In this document: in pieces, positions 1 through 12,224 of the stretch
Layout: each line of letters opens with the position of its first letter
Numbering within the stretch: position 1 is the first letter of the stretch
From: Scenedesmus sp. PABB004
Taxonomy: Eukaryota
Direction of reading: 5' to 3'
Length of the DNA: 64,000 nucleotides
NCBI GenBank assembly: GCA_014905635.1
Contig: CM026548.1
Coordinates: 992,001-1,056,000 of the forward strand
Translations under genes and position numbers: made by a program
The notes under the pieces: generated by a model
Database searches by the model: none
What the model saw: only the letters and a program-made list of their open reading frames with translations
What the model was told of the DNA's origin: nothing

Positions 1-3000
1 GGCGCGCGTGTGGCTCGTCGGCGCGGCCGCGACGGGCGCGGCCGCGGCCCGGCGTCGGCGAGCGAGGCGCGGCTCACCCCAGGCCCGCCGCTGCCGCAGG
101 CGCCGAGGTGCAGGAGACGCTGCGCGTGGTCGACGCGCAGACGCGCGAGGCGGCTGCCAAGAAGGAGCTGGTCGCGGCCGAGGAGGCGGTCGCAGCCGAA
201 AAGGCGGCGGCGGCCAAGGCGATCAAGGTGCGCCGGCGCCGCCCGCGCCGCCGCCCGCGCCGCCAGCCGCGCAGCGCCCGACCGCGCCTTGCGCCGGCGC
301 CCGCGCTGGCAGGACGAGTGCGAGGCCGAGCTGGCGGTGGCGATGCCAATGCTGGACGCGGCGCTCGCCGCGCTCAACACGCTGACCAAGGCCGACATCA
401 CCGAGGCGCGCGCCGTGCCGCGCCGCGACCTGCAGCGCCCGCCCACGGCGCAAGCGCCGCGCCGGCCCTGCGCGCCGGCCCCGCGCGCGCCACGCAGACG
501 GGGCGCCGCTGCGCCCCGCAGGTGCGGTCGATGAAGAGCCCTCCCGCGGCGGTCAAGGTCACGCTGGAGGCGGTCTGCCAGCTGCTCGCCGTCAAGCCCA
601 AGAAGGCGCGGCGCGGTCGCGGCGCCGCGCTGGCCGGCCCTGCGGCGCACGCTGCCGCGCCGGCGGCGGGCCGGGCTCGCGAGCGCCGCGCGTGACGCCG
701 CGCCGCGCCGCGCACGCCGCAGGTGAACGACCCCACCGACCCTACGAAGAAGGTGGACGACTACTGGGGGCCCTCGCAGGCGCTGCTCGGCGACTCAGGC
801 TTTATGGCTCAGCTCCAGGCGCGGCGGCACGGCGGGGCTGCGGCGGCGGCGCGTGGCGCGCGGGGCGGAGCGCGCCCGCGCGACGCTGGAGGGTGGTGGC
901 CGTGACATGCTTTGCGCCGCCGGTCATTCAACCAATCCGCAGGAGTTTGACAAGGACAACGTGCCGCCCGAGCGCATCGCGGCGGTGCGGCCGTACCTGG
1001 CGCGGCCCGAGTTCCAGCCCGAGACCGTGCGCAAGGCGAGCAAGGCGGCGCACGGGCTCTGCTGCTGGGCGCGGGCGATGGAGGCGTACGACAGGTGCGC
1101 GCGGCCGCGAGCGGAGGGAGGGCAGGTCAGGCGCCCTGCGGCCGTGCCGCGCACAGGCTCCTGGCGGCGCGGCGGGCCCGGCGCGGGGGCCTCGCGCCCA
1201 GCCCCGCCCGGCGCCGCGCCCACGGCGGCTCGCCGGCGTGCCCGCAGGGTGGCCAAGGTCGTCGCGCCGAAGCGGGCGGCGCTGGCGCAGGCGGAGGCGG
1301 AGTTTGCGGCGCTCATGTCGGGCCTGGAGGCAAAGAAGGCGGAGCTCGCGGCCGTGGTCGCGGCGCTGGACGGCCTGAGCGCGCGGCTCGCGGAGATGCA
1401 GGCGCGGCGCGCCGCGCTCGCGGGCGAGGTCGGGCTGTGCGAGGCCAAGCTCGGCCGCGCGACGGCGCTCATCGGCGGCCTCGGCGGCGAGAAGGCGCGC
1501 TGGGGCGACGTTGCGGCGGGGCTGGCGGCCGACTACGCGTGCCTCACCGGCGACGTGCTGCTCGCCGCCGGCTGCATCGCGTACCTGGGACCGTTCTCCC
1601 AGCCGTACCGCGAGGCCGCGCTGGCGCAGTGGGCGGAGCGCTGCAGGTGGGTGCGCGTCGCTGGCCGAGCGGCCGGCGCAAGCGCGGCGTTGTGGCACGC
1701 GCGGTGCGGTGGCGCACCCTGACCCACCCGCGCGCCGCGCCGCCCCCGCACCACGCCGGCGCAGGTCGGCCGGCATCCCCTGCAGCGCGCGCTTCAGCCT
1801 CGCCGCGACGCTCGGCGACGCCGTGACGACGCGCGCGTGGCTGCTCGACGGCCTGCCCAACGACGCGCTGAGCATTGACAACGCCATCATCGTCAACAAT
1901 GCGCAGCGCTGGCCGCTCATGATCGACCCGCAGGTGCGTGCGTGTTGTGCACGCAGGGACCGCCGCTCTGTTCGGCGCTGCGCGGCGCGGTGGCCGGCGC
2001 GCTGTGGCCGGCGCGCTGTGGCCGGCGAGCTGTGGCGCGGGCCGACCCCGCGCTGCTGCGCCGCGCGCGGCCGCAGGGCCAGGCGGCGCGCTGGGTGCGG
2101 GGCACGGAGCGCAAGGCGCAGCTCGAGGTCGTGCGCGCCGGCACGGCGCCCGACGCGGCGGCGCGGCAGGTGGAGAACGCTGTGCAGTTTGGCACGCCGC
2201 TGCTGGTCGAGGACGTCGGGGAGGAGCTCGACCCGCTGCTGGAGCCGCTGCTGCTGCGCGCGGTCTTCAAGCAGGCGCGCGCGCTCGGCGGCGTGCGGGC
2301 CCCGCGGCGGCGGGCCCCGCGTGGCATCCGGGCGCCGCCGGCGACGCGCCGCGCCCGCGTGCGCAGGGCGGCGTCGACTGCATCCGCCTCGGCGACGCGA
2401 CGCTGGAGTATGGCGCAGGGTTCAGGCTCTACATGACCACGCAGCTGCCCAACCCGCACTTCCTGCCAGAGGTCGCGGTCAAGGTGAGGCTCGGAGCGCC
2501 GGCGTGGCAGGCCTGGGCGCGCCGAGGGGCACGGCCAGCTCAGCGGCGCGCGCAGGTCGGCGTGCTGTGTCCCGCGCGGGCGGGGCTCGCGCTGTGCGGC
2601 GCTCGACCGCGCGTCGTCCCCGCCCGCGGCCCCGTGCCGCGCAGGTGACGCTGCTGAACTTTGCCATCACGCGCGCGGGGCTGGAGGACCAGCTGCTCGC
2701 GGCGGTCGTCGCGGCGGAGCGGCCCGAGCTGGAGGAGGAGAAGGCGCGGCTCTCGCTCGCGGGCGCCGACAACGCGCGGCAGCTGAACGAAATCGAGGCG
2801 AGCGCCCCTGCGCGCAGCGCGCACGCGCTCTCTGCGCGGCCCTCACTCGCGCGCTGGCTGGCGCGCGGCGGGAGCCCTCGCTCTCGCTCCTCACACCGCT
2901 CCACTCACACTCTTGACCCACGCCTGCGTGCCCACCTCCCATACACGCGCCTGCCCGCCGCCCGCCTGCCGTCCTGGCCCGCCCACTCGCAGGACAAGAT

Positions 3001-6000
3001 CATGTCCGTCCTCTCCAGCGCGGAGGGCAACATCCTGGACGACGAGGTCGCCGTCGCGGTGGTGTCGGGCGCCAAGGCGCTCGCCGTCGACATCGGCGCG
3101 CGCCAGGTGGTCGCGGCGCGGACGGAGGCCAAGATCGACGCCGCGCGCGCGGGTGCGCGTGCTGCGTGCTGCGCGCCGCGCCCGCGAGGCGTCTGCCTGC
3201 GCGAGGGCTCTGTCGGCTGCCGCGCGCGGCGCCCGCGCGCGCTCACGCGCTGCTCCCACTGCCTCGGCCCTCCCCACAGGCTACAAGCCGGTCGCCGCGG
3301 CGGTGTCGGTGCTCTTCTTCGCGACCAGCGAGCTGTCGCGCGTGGAGTCCGTGTATCAGTACAGCCTCGCCTGGTTCGGCGCCCTCTTTGCCGCCAGCCT
3401 CGCCGCCGCCGAGCGCGCGCGCGCGCTGCCGCAGCGCATCGCCAACCTGGTCGCCCACTTCCAGCACAGCCTCTTCACCCAGGCGCGGGGGGTCGAGCGC
3501 GGGGCGGGGCGCCGCCACGCCGCACCGGGGCACCTGGCTCACCTCGCTGCAGCGGGGGCCCGCCCCTGACTCGTCGCCGCCCCCGCGCCCGCTGCGCCCG
3601 CGCCGTGCCCCTGCGCCGCCGCGCGCGTGTGCAGGTGTGCCGGGGGCTGTTTGCCAAGGACCACCTGGTCTATGCCTTCCTGCTCGCGGTGCACCTGCAG
3701 GCCCACGTGGCAGGCACACTGGACCTGGCGCACCTGCGCTTCCTGCTCACCGGTGGGTCTGTGGGCTGGGAGAGGGCGCGGGGGGCTTCGTGTGGCTGCG
3801 CAGGGGCGTCGCCAGCGACCTCTGGCGCGCCAGGCGGCGGCGCCGAGCGCGCCGCCCGCACCGCGCGCGCCGCCCGCGCCGCGCGCCGCAGGCGGCGTCA
3901 GCAGCGCGGAGCCGCCGCCCAACCCGTGCGCGTGGCTCTCGGACAAGCAGTGGGGCGAGCTCGTGCGGCTGGGCGCCGACGTGGCGGGCTTTGAGGGCCT
4001 GCGCGAGGCGTTCGAGGGCGACCAGGCGGCCTTCAAGGTGCGGCGGCGGCGGGCCCGCTGCGGGCACGGCCCGACGACGGGCACGCCGCCTGACGTCCCG
4101 CTGCGCGCGCGCTCTCCGTCCCCGGCCGCGCCTGCCTGGGGCGGCCCGGGCACAGGCCGTGTATGATGCTGCCGACCCCGCGAGCGTGCCGCTGCCGCGC
4201 CCCTGGGACGCGCGGCTGGACGCCTTCCGCCGCCTGCTGCTGCTGCGCGTGCTGCGCCCCGACGCGCTGCTCGGCGGCGTGGCGGGCTACGTGCGCGGCG
4301 CGCTGGGCCCGGCGTTCCTCGACCCGCCGCCGCTGGACATTGAGGCCTGCCTCAAGGACTCCACCCCCGCCACGCCGCTCATCTTCCTGCTGAGCCCGGG
4401 GGCCGACCCCATGGCGGCGCTGCTGCGGCTCGCGCAGGGGCTCAAGGTCCAGGTGCGCGCCCGGGGCACGCGGCGGCGCGGGAGCCGCGCCCGCGCGCGG
4501 CGTGCCCACGCCGCCCTCGTGCGCCGCAGGTCGACAGCATCAGCCTGGGCCAGGGCCAGGGGCCCAAGGCGACCAAGCTCATTGAGGCCGCGGCGGCGCG
4601 CGGCGGCTGGGTGGTGCTGCAGGCGCGCCGCACCGTGCGCGACGCACGGCCACGCGCGCGCGCGCGCGCGCGCGCGCCGCACGCTCACCGCGTGGGGCGT
4701 TGCGCCGCGCCCGCGCCCGCGCCGCAGAACCTGCACCTGGCCAAGTCCTTCATGCCGACGCTGGAGCGCCTGGTGCAGGGCCTCGCCGCCGACGGCGCCG
4801 CGACGGCGCCGAGCTTCCGCCTCTGGCTCACCACCGACCCCAGCCCAGACATCCCGGTGCGGCGGGTGGGCCGGCGCGGGCCAGCCGCCCCGCCGCGCCG
4901 TGCAACGCCTCGTTCACCAGTCCGCACGCTGCGCACAACGGGCGTCGCGCCCTCCGCCGCCGCACGCTGCAGGCGTCGGTGCTGCAGGCGGGCATCAAGA
5001 TGACCAGCGACCCGCCCAAGGGCCTGCGCGCCAACCTGCTCGCCAGCTGCGCGGCCGACCCGCTGACCGACCCCGCCTTTGTCGGCGGCGCGCCGCGGCC
5101 AGCCGAGTTCAAGTGCCTCCTCTTCGGCCTCTGCTTCTTCCACGCCGCGGTACAGGTGACGGCCGGGCCGCGCCGCCCACGCTGCCGGCGGCCGCACGCG
5201 CGGGCGCCGCGCGGCCCGCGGCGGCGCGCGGCGCGGGCGCACCTCCCTCCTGCAGCAGCTCGTGGCTGGCGGCGGCAGCAGCTCACCCGCGCGCCGCGCC
5301 CCGCGCGCCGCACGCCCCGGGCCTTGCAGGAGCGCGTCAAGTTTGGGCCGCTCGGCTGGAACGTGCCGTACACCTTCAGCGCGTCTGACTTTGCCATCAG
5401 CGCGCGCCAGCTGCGCATGCTCATGCCCGCCAGCGAGTCGCCCACGGCGGCGCTGCCCTTTGCGGTGCGCGCGCTCCGCCGTGCCGGCGCGCGCCGTGCC
5501 TGGGCGGCCGCCGCACCACCGATGCACGCCGCCGCCGCACGGGCCCACGCCGCGCCCGCCCCGCGCAGGCGCTGCAGCACCTCACCGGCGAGGTCAACTA
5601 CGGCGGCCGCGTGACCGACGCCCACGACCGCCGCACGCTGGCCTGCCTGCTCGCGGGCATCTACGGCGAGGCCATTCTCGACGAGGCGCGCGCCCGCAGG
5701 GGCCCAGCCCTCTCGCCAGCGCACGCGCTCGCAGCACAGCACGCCGAGGGGGCGCGCGGCCCGCGCCGCGCGCCGGCCGCCGCCTCACCCTCGCCGTGCC
5801 CCCCCCCCCCCGCCCGCCCGCGCGCCGACGCGCCCAGGGCTTTGCATTCAGCGCCGCGCCCGGGTGCGAGCGCTACACGGTGCCGCCCGAGGGGCCGCTG
5901 GAGAGCTGGCCGGAGTTCATCCGGGCCCTGCCCGCCGCGACGCCGCCAGAGGTGCGGCACGAGGGCTGGCACGCGCGCCCCGGCGCCCGCCGCTGGCTGG

Positions 6001-7557
6001 CCAGCGCCCCGTTGACCCCCCGCGGCGCTGGCCGCAGGTTTTTGGGCTGCACCCCAACGCTGCGATCACGCGGGACCGGCAGGAGGCCGACCAGCTGCTG
6101 GGCGGCCTGCTCGCCAGCCAGGGCGGCGTCGGCGGCGGCGGCGGCGGCGGCGGCGCCGCCGGCGCCGGCGCGGCGTCGGCGGGGCGCGACGCGCTGCTGC
6201 TCGCGCTCGCGGCGGAGCTGCGCTGCAAGCTGCGGGCGCCGTTTGACGTCGAGGCGGCGCGCTGCAGGCGCGCGCGCGGCCGCCGCGGGGCGCGCGCGGC
6301 GCAGGCCCTGGGTCCGTCCGGCGCGCGCCCAGCCGCCGTCTCCCTTCTCCATCACTCGCCCGCCCCCGCCCCCGCCCGCCGCGCCCCGGCGTCCCCGCAG
6401 GTTCCCCGTTGACTACGCGCAGTGCCTGAACAGCGTGCTGGTGCAGGAGCTGGTCCGCTTCAACCGCCTGCTCTCCACGGTCCACGCGAGCCTGTCGGAC
6501 CTGGGCGCGGCGCTGCGGGGCGAGGCGCTCATGTCGGAGCAGCTCGAGCGCGTCGCGGCGGCGATGTACGACAATCGGTGCGCCGCCGCCGCGGGGACTC
6601 GCCGCCGGCGGCTGGGGCGCGGCGGCCGCCGGCCTGGCCGCACGCGGCGCCGGCCAGCGCGCGCCCTGAGCCCGCCGCCGACCTCTCCGCCTGCCGCCTG
6701 GCCCCGCGTGCGCGCAGGGTGCCAGCGGCGTGGCTGGCGGTGAGCTACCCGAGCCTGAAGCCGCTCGGCGCGTACGTGTCCGACCTGGGGGAGCGCCTCG
6801 CGATGCTGGACGCGTGGCTGTGCGCGGGCGCGCCGCCGGCCGTGTTCTGGCTCTCCGGCTTCTTCTTCACCCACGCCTTCCTCACAGGTGGGCCTGCAGG
6901 GCAGGAGGGAGGGGAGGCCCCCCGCGCGAGGCCGCCGCCGCCGCCGGCGCGCGGTCGAGCCCGCGCGCGTGCAGCCCCGGCGGCGCCGCCTCACGCCGCG
7001 GGTTCCCTCGGGCGCCCCCCCCCCCTGCCCCGCGCCGCGGCAGGCGTGAAGCAGAACTATGCGCGCGCGCGCCGCGTGCCGATCGACACGCTCGCGTGGG
7101 AGTTTGCGCCCCTGCCGGCGGGGCCGCAGCCGCCGTCGCCGCCGCCCGACGGCGGCGCGGCCGTGAGCGGGCTGTTCCTGGAGGGCGCGCGCTGGGACGA
7201 GGCCGCGGGGCGCCTCGCGGAGAGCGAGCCCAAGGTGCGCGCAGCCGCGCCGCGGGGCGCCCGCCGCCGCGCTGCGCCGAGCCCAGCCCCGCCGCACCAC
7301 CGCCGCCGCCGCGTGCTGTGCAGGTGCTGTTCTCGCCCGCGCCGCTGCTGCTGCTGCAGCCGCGCGAGGCGGCGGCGCTCGCGCCGCCGGCGCCGGGCGT
7401 TGACATTGCCGTGTTCCGCACCGCTGAGCGCCGGGGCGTGCTGGCAACGACCGGGCACTCCACCAACTTCGTCTTCCACATCCGCCTGCCCAGCGACGCG
7501 CCGCCGGAGCACTGGGTGCGCCGCGGCGTGGCGGCGCTGCTGTCGCTCGCAGAGTGA
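1..7557 (+). CDS. Axonemal dynein heavy chain, 3' portion (stalk, AAA5, AAA6, C-terminal domain); 5' end outside window; 25 introns traced
   Basis: Spliced exons give dynein motifs: [158 protein letters not shown]. Stop TGA 7555-7557. Confidence 0.96.
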
Positions 7558-7712
7558 GACCATGCGCGCGGGCTGGCGGGGGCCCGCCGGGCGGGCGCGC
7601 GGGCGGGCACGCGCGCGGGCGGGCGGGGCGTGCACTTGTGACCAGAGAAACCGAAGCCTCGGCGCGCCGCGAGTTGCAAGGGACCCGCGCACTCGCGACG
7701 CCGCGCGCGCCG

Positions 7713-10497
7713 TCACAAGAGTGGCACCGGCGCGTCGATCGCCGAACGCTGGAAGTCGTTGCGCAGCTGCCCGCACGCCGCCGCCGCCTCGAGGCCGCGC
7801 GTCGACCGCACGCTGACGGCCAGCCCCGCCGCCTCGAGCGCCGCCTGCGCGGCGCGGCGCCACGCGGCGCGTGGCGTGTCAGGCGCCCGGCGCCGCGGCG
7901 GCCGCCGTCGCCCTGCGCGCGCGCGCGCGCACGCGTGCGCGTGCCGCCGCGCCGCCGCCGCACCTGGAAGGCCTTCACGCGGCCCGGCCCGGGGCGCTCG
8001 TAGCTGCTGTCCTTCACCGGGTTCCAGGGAATGAGGTTGACGTGGCTCGCGAGGTCGTGTGCGCGCAGGAGCTTGGCGAGCGCGCGCGCCTGCGGGGCGC
8101 CGGCGCGGCGGCGGCGCGCCGGCGCCCGCGCCGCGTCGGCGCCGGCGCGCGGCGCGGGCGGCGCGGGCGGCGGGCGCGGGCGGGCCCCGGGCGGGGGGCG
8201 GGGGCTCACGTGGTCGTCGGTGTCGTTGGTGCCGCCCATGAGCGTGTACTCAAACGTCACGCGCCGCCCTGTCGACTTGAAGTACGCCGCGCAGTCGGCC
8301 ATGAGCGCCTGGGGCCGGCGCGTGAGTGGGCGGGCGGTCGGGCGGGTGATCGGGCGGCGCCGCGGGGCCGCGGGCCGGCGGCGCGAGCGCGGCGCGCGCA
8401 GCAGAGCCCCGCGCGCCGGGGCTCGCGCGCGCGGCGGCGGCCAGCGGCGCGGCGGCGCGGCGGCTGGTTGGCTCGCCGGCAGACCTCGATCGGGTAGGTG
8501 CGGGCCGAGGGGATGAGCGCCTCGCGCAGCGCCTGGCTGGGCGCGTGGATCGACACCGCGAGCGTCGCGGTCAGCCGGGCCTCGGCGAGCCGCGGCAGCG
8601 CGTTGGGCACGCCGACGGTGGAGATGGTGATGGCGCGCCCCGACAGCCCGAGCTGGTCCTGCAGCACGCGCACCGCCGCCACGACGCCCGGGAGGTTGAG
8701 CATCGGCTCGCCCTGCCCCATGAACACTGGCGGAGCGGGGCGGGCGGGCGGCCGTGACGCGCGCGGTGCCGCGGCACGGCGCACGGCGGCCTCGGAGCGC
8801 GCACGCGCGGCGCCGCGCGCGCGCACCGACGTTGCTGACGCGCTGGCCAAAGACCTCGCCGATGGTCAGCACCTGGTCCACGATCTCGTGGGGTTTGAGG
8901 TTGCGCGCAAAGCCGCCCTTGCCGGTCGCGCAAAAGTTGCAGCGCATCGGGCAGCCGACCTGCCCCCCGCCGCCGGCGCAGCCACGAGGTGCGCGCACAC
9001 GTGAGCGCGGCCGCCGCGCCCGCCGCGCCGCGTGCAGGCCCCCCAGCCGCCGCCGCGGCGCGCGCCCGCCGGCGGCGCCACGCCCGCCGCACCTGCGACG
9101 ACACGCAGACGGTGAGCCGGCGGCGGGCGCCGTCCTCCACCGGAATGCCCACGGTCTCAATGAGCCGCCCGTCCTCCACCTGCATCGGCGGTGGGCGGCA
9201 GCAGCGGCAGCGGGGCTCAGGCGCGGCGCTGCAAGGCGGGGGGCCGGCGCGGCGCGGCAGCCACGCGCGGCGGCGCGGCGTCGACCTGCAGCAGCAGCTT
9301 GCGCGTGCCGTCGGGGCTGCTGACGCTGTGGTGCACCGCGCTGCGCCCGGTGCGCACGCCGAGCGCGGCGAGCTGGTCCCGGAAGGCCTCGGGCAGGCCG
9401 CGGATCTCGGCGACGCTGCGGCGCGCGTGATGGCGCGCGTGTGGGCGGCGGCGGGGCAGGGCCCGGCGTGAGCGGCGCCTGCCTGCGGCGCGCGGGCGCG
9501 GGCGGCGCGCCGCCGCCGCCGCGGGGCGCCGCCGTCACCTGCGCGCGCCCTTGAGCACGCCGTCCGCGAGTTGCTGCCCCCGGAACGCCGGCTGCCCGAG
9601 CTGCTGCGCGAGCGCGCCCAGCTCCGCGGGCGTCTTGCCCAGCAGCACGTAGCCGGCCGCGTCGACGCGCTGCGGCGCGGCGGCCGCGGCCGAGTCGGCC
9701 TGCGCCGCGACGACCAGCCCCGCGTCGACCGCGCTCCAGGGGCCGTCCCGCACGGCGGGGTCGCGCGGCACAAAGGTCGGGTCCGACACGCCCGCGAGCG
9801 CCAGCGGCGCCGGCGGCGCGCGCTCCGCCGGCGCGGCCGCGTCGCCGGCGGGCGCCGGCGGCGGGCGCTTGAGCAGCACGTCCCGCGCGCGTGGCGCCGC
9901 CGGCGGCGCCGGCCTGCTGCTGGCGCCGCCGCGGCTGGCGCCGCCGCGGCTGGCGCTGCCGCTGCTGCTGGCGCCGCCGCGGCTGGCGCCGCCGCGGCTG
10001 GCGCTGCCGCTGCTGCTGGCGCCGCCGCGGCCGCCGCTGCTGCCCCAGCGACCGCCGCCGCCTTCGGGGCCGCCCCCGCGCCCGCCGCTGCCGCTGCCGC
10101 CGCGCCCGCCGCTGCTGCTGCCGCCGCGGCCGCCGCTGCTGCCCCAGCGGCCGCCGCCGCGATCGTCGGGGCCGCCGCCGCGGCCGCCGCTGCTGCCGCC
10201 GCCGCCGTACCGCTGCCTGCTACCGCCACCGCTCAGCCCAGCGTCCGTCGGCGCGCCGGCCACGCGCTGCGGCCGGCCGCCAGGTGGCGGCGGCGGCCGC
10301 GCGCCGCCGCTGCTGCCGCCGCCGGGCTTGCCGGCGGCCGCCACGTGCAGCGCCGACCGGCCCAGCATGCTGCGGGCTGTGTGCAACTCCCAGGACAGCG
10401 CGGTCGGGCGCCTGCGCAGCACGACGGTCGCGGCGGTCGCTGCTGCGGTCGGCGGCTGTGCGGCGTGCAGTGCGCGCAGTAGGAGGCCACGCCACAT
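7713..10497 (-). CDS. rlmN: RlmN-like dual-specificity RNA methyltransferase (radical SAM), probably organelle-targeted, with Gly/Arg/Ser-rich N-terminal extension; multi-exon
   Basis: [37 protein letters not shown] (CxxxCxxC), [43 protein letters not shown] 10497 ([11 protein letters not shown], presequence-like). Stop TGA 7713-7715. Confidence 0.92.
9900..10220 (-). repeat. Degenerate coding repeats in the RlmN N-terminal extension ([11 protein letters not shown] / GGRGG)
   Basis: Repeated ctggcgccgccgcgg / gctgctgctg blocks on the + strand; RGG/SRGG-rich peptide on the - strand. Confidence 0.7.
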
Positions 10498-10674
10498 GCT
10501 CCAAGCAAGAACGCGGGTATTTGCGGGTCTCGGGGAGGCCAGCCACAGGGACAGCGCGCGGCAGCAGCGAGGGCTTGAGCCCTCGTTGCGCCGCCGCCGT
10601 GCCGCACGCCCGACGCGCTGGTCACTCGCGCCGAACGCTCCACCCGGCAGACCCCCGCAACTGGAGCCACCACC

Positions 10675-12086
10675 ATGGACCTGCTGGCGGGCTACGGCAG
10701 CGACGGCAGCGACGGCAGCGACGACGGCGGCAGCGGCGGCGCGCGGCCGGCCGCCGTCGTCGACGCCGGCCCCGGGAGCAGCCCGCGCCCCGCTCCCAAG
10801 CGGCCGCGCCTTGAAGCAGCGCCAGGGGGGTGAGCAGGGCGGCAGGCGGCGCGCGCAGTCCGCGCCGGCGGCAGCAGAGGCGGCGCAGCGGTGCTGAGCA
10901 CCGCGCCGCGCCGCTCGCACCATCCCTAAACGCCGCAGCCGCCGTGCCGACGGCGGCACCACCCGACCCGCCACGCTCCTCCCCGACCCAGCGGCCCTGC
11001 TGGACGACGCGGTGTCGGCGCGCGAGGTCGCGGCGCTCGCGTCGGCGCCGGCGGTGCGGCCGCCGCAGCCGCAGCTGCCGGCACGGCCCCGGCTGTTTCC
11101 CATCGTCGAGGGCAGCTTCCCGACCGTGGTCTATATCAACGGTGCGCGCGACCGCCGGACGCGGGCGCCGCGTGCGGCCCTGCCCTGCGGCGCGCCCCCG
11201 TCGGCGGCCGACCGCCCGCGCGCCGCGCCGCACGCGCCGCAGTGCCCGAGGCGCTGCACCAGCAGCTGCAGGCCCTCGCGGCGGCCCTGGTCGCGGACTG
11301 CCCCAGCAGCGGCGCCGCGGCGGCGGCGCCGGCCGCGCCGGCACGCGGCGCCGGCGCGCGGGCGCTGCGCCTGTGGCCGACGCTCCCGGGCGCGGCCGGG
11401 GCGCGGCGGCGCCGGCCCCGGGCGAGCTGGCGCCGCACGTGAGCATTTCGCGCACGCTGCCCGTCCGCGGCGACCAGGCGGACTCGCTGCGCGCCGCGCT
11501 GGCCGCGCAGCTGCGCGGCGCGGCCTGCCGCGCGTTCGGCGTGACGCTGTCGGGCCTCGAGTGCCTCGTGAACGACAACGCCAGCCGCTCGTTCGTGGGC
11601 CTGCGCGTCGCCGCTGGCCTGGAGCAGGCGCGCGCTCTGCGCGCCGCGCAGCCGCGCCGGGGCGCGGCCGACCCTGCTGCTGGTGCCGCCGCTGAGCGAC
11701 GCCCGCCTGCGGCGCCCCAGGTGGTGCGCCTGGTGGCGGCGGTGAACGCCGCCTTTGTCGCGCACGGCCTGCAGCCGTTCTACGAGGTGCGCGCCGCGTG
11801 CCGCGTGCCGCGCCCGCGCGGGCGCGTGCGGCGGCCCGGGCGCTCGCCGCCGCAGCAGGCGCGTGCCTGACGCCCGTGCCGCCAACACCCGCCCGCCGCC
11901 CGGCGGCGCGCTCCCGCGCGGCAGGAGCCGCGCCCGCACGTGTCGCTCGCGTGGGCGCCCGGCGACGAGACGGCGCGGCTGGGCCCCTGGCTGCGCGGCG
12001 TGGAGCACGCGCAGCTCGCGATGCAGGTGTGCAGCGTGGTCTGCCAGATCGGCAAGCGGAGGCACGTGGTGTGGGAGGGCTGCTGA
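10675..12086 (+). CDS. USB1: U6 snRNA phosphodiesterase USB1 (2H phosphoesterase); apparent 1-nt frameshift near 11370
   Basis: MDLLAGYGSD start, RLFPIVEGSFPTVVYI, first HxS motif HVSISRT, LVNDNASRSFVGL, FVAHGLQPFYE, second HxS motif HVSLAWAPGD, CQIG. Stop TGA 12084-12086. Divergent from rlmN. Confidence 0.88.
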
Positions 12087-12224
12087 GCGCCTGGGTGGAG
12101 CTCTGCGCCGCTGCTAGTGACGTCACGAGCGCGGCGTCCGTTCGCTCGCTACGACACCGCGCGTGCGGCCTGGGAGCCCGCCAGTCAGCCGCCCCTCGCG
12201 CTGCTTCAAAAACCCGGGGCGGTC

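Noticed and set aside
7713..10497. Bacterial contamination or recent HGT of rlmN
   Set aside because: The gene has spliceosomal introns, host-like composition and a presequence; nuclear-encoded RlmN homologues are normal in plants and algae.
12105..12130. Helitron 3' end (CTAG|T) or gtgacgtcac palindrome as an element boundary
   Set aside because: No convincing subterminal hairpin, matching 5' end, TIR/TSD or Rep/helicase ORF.
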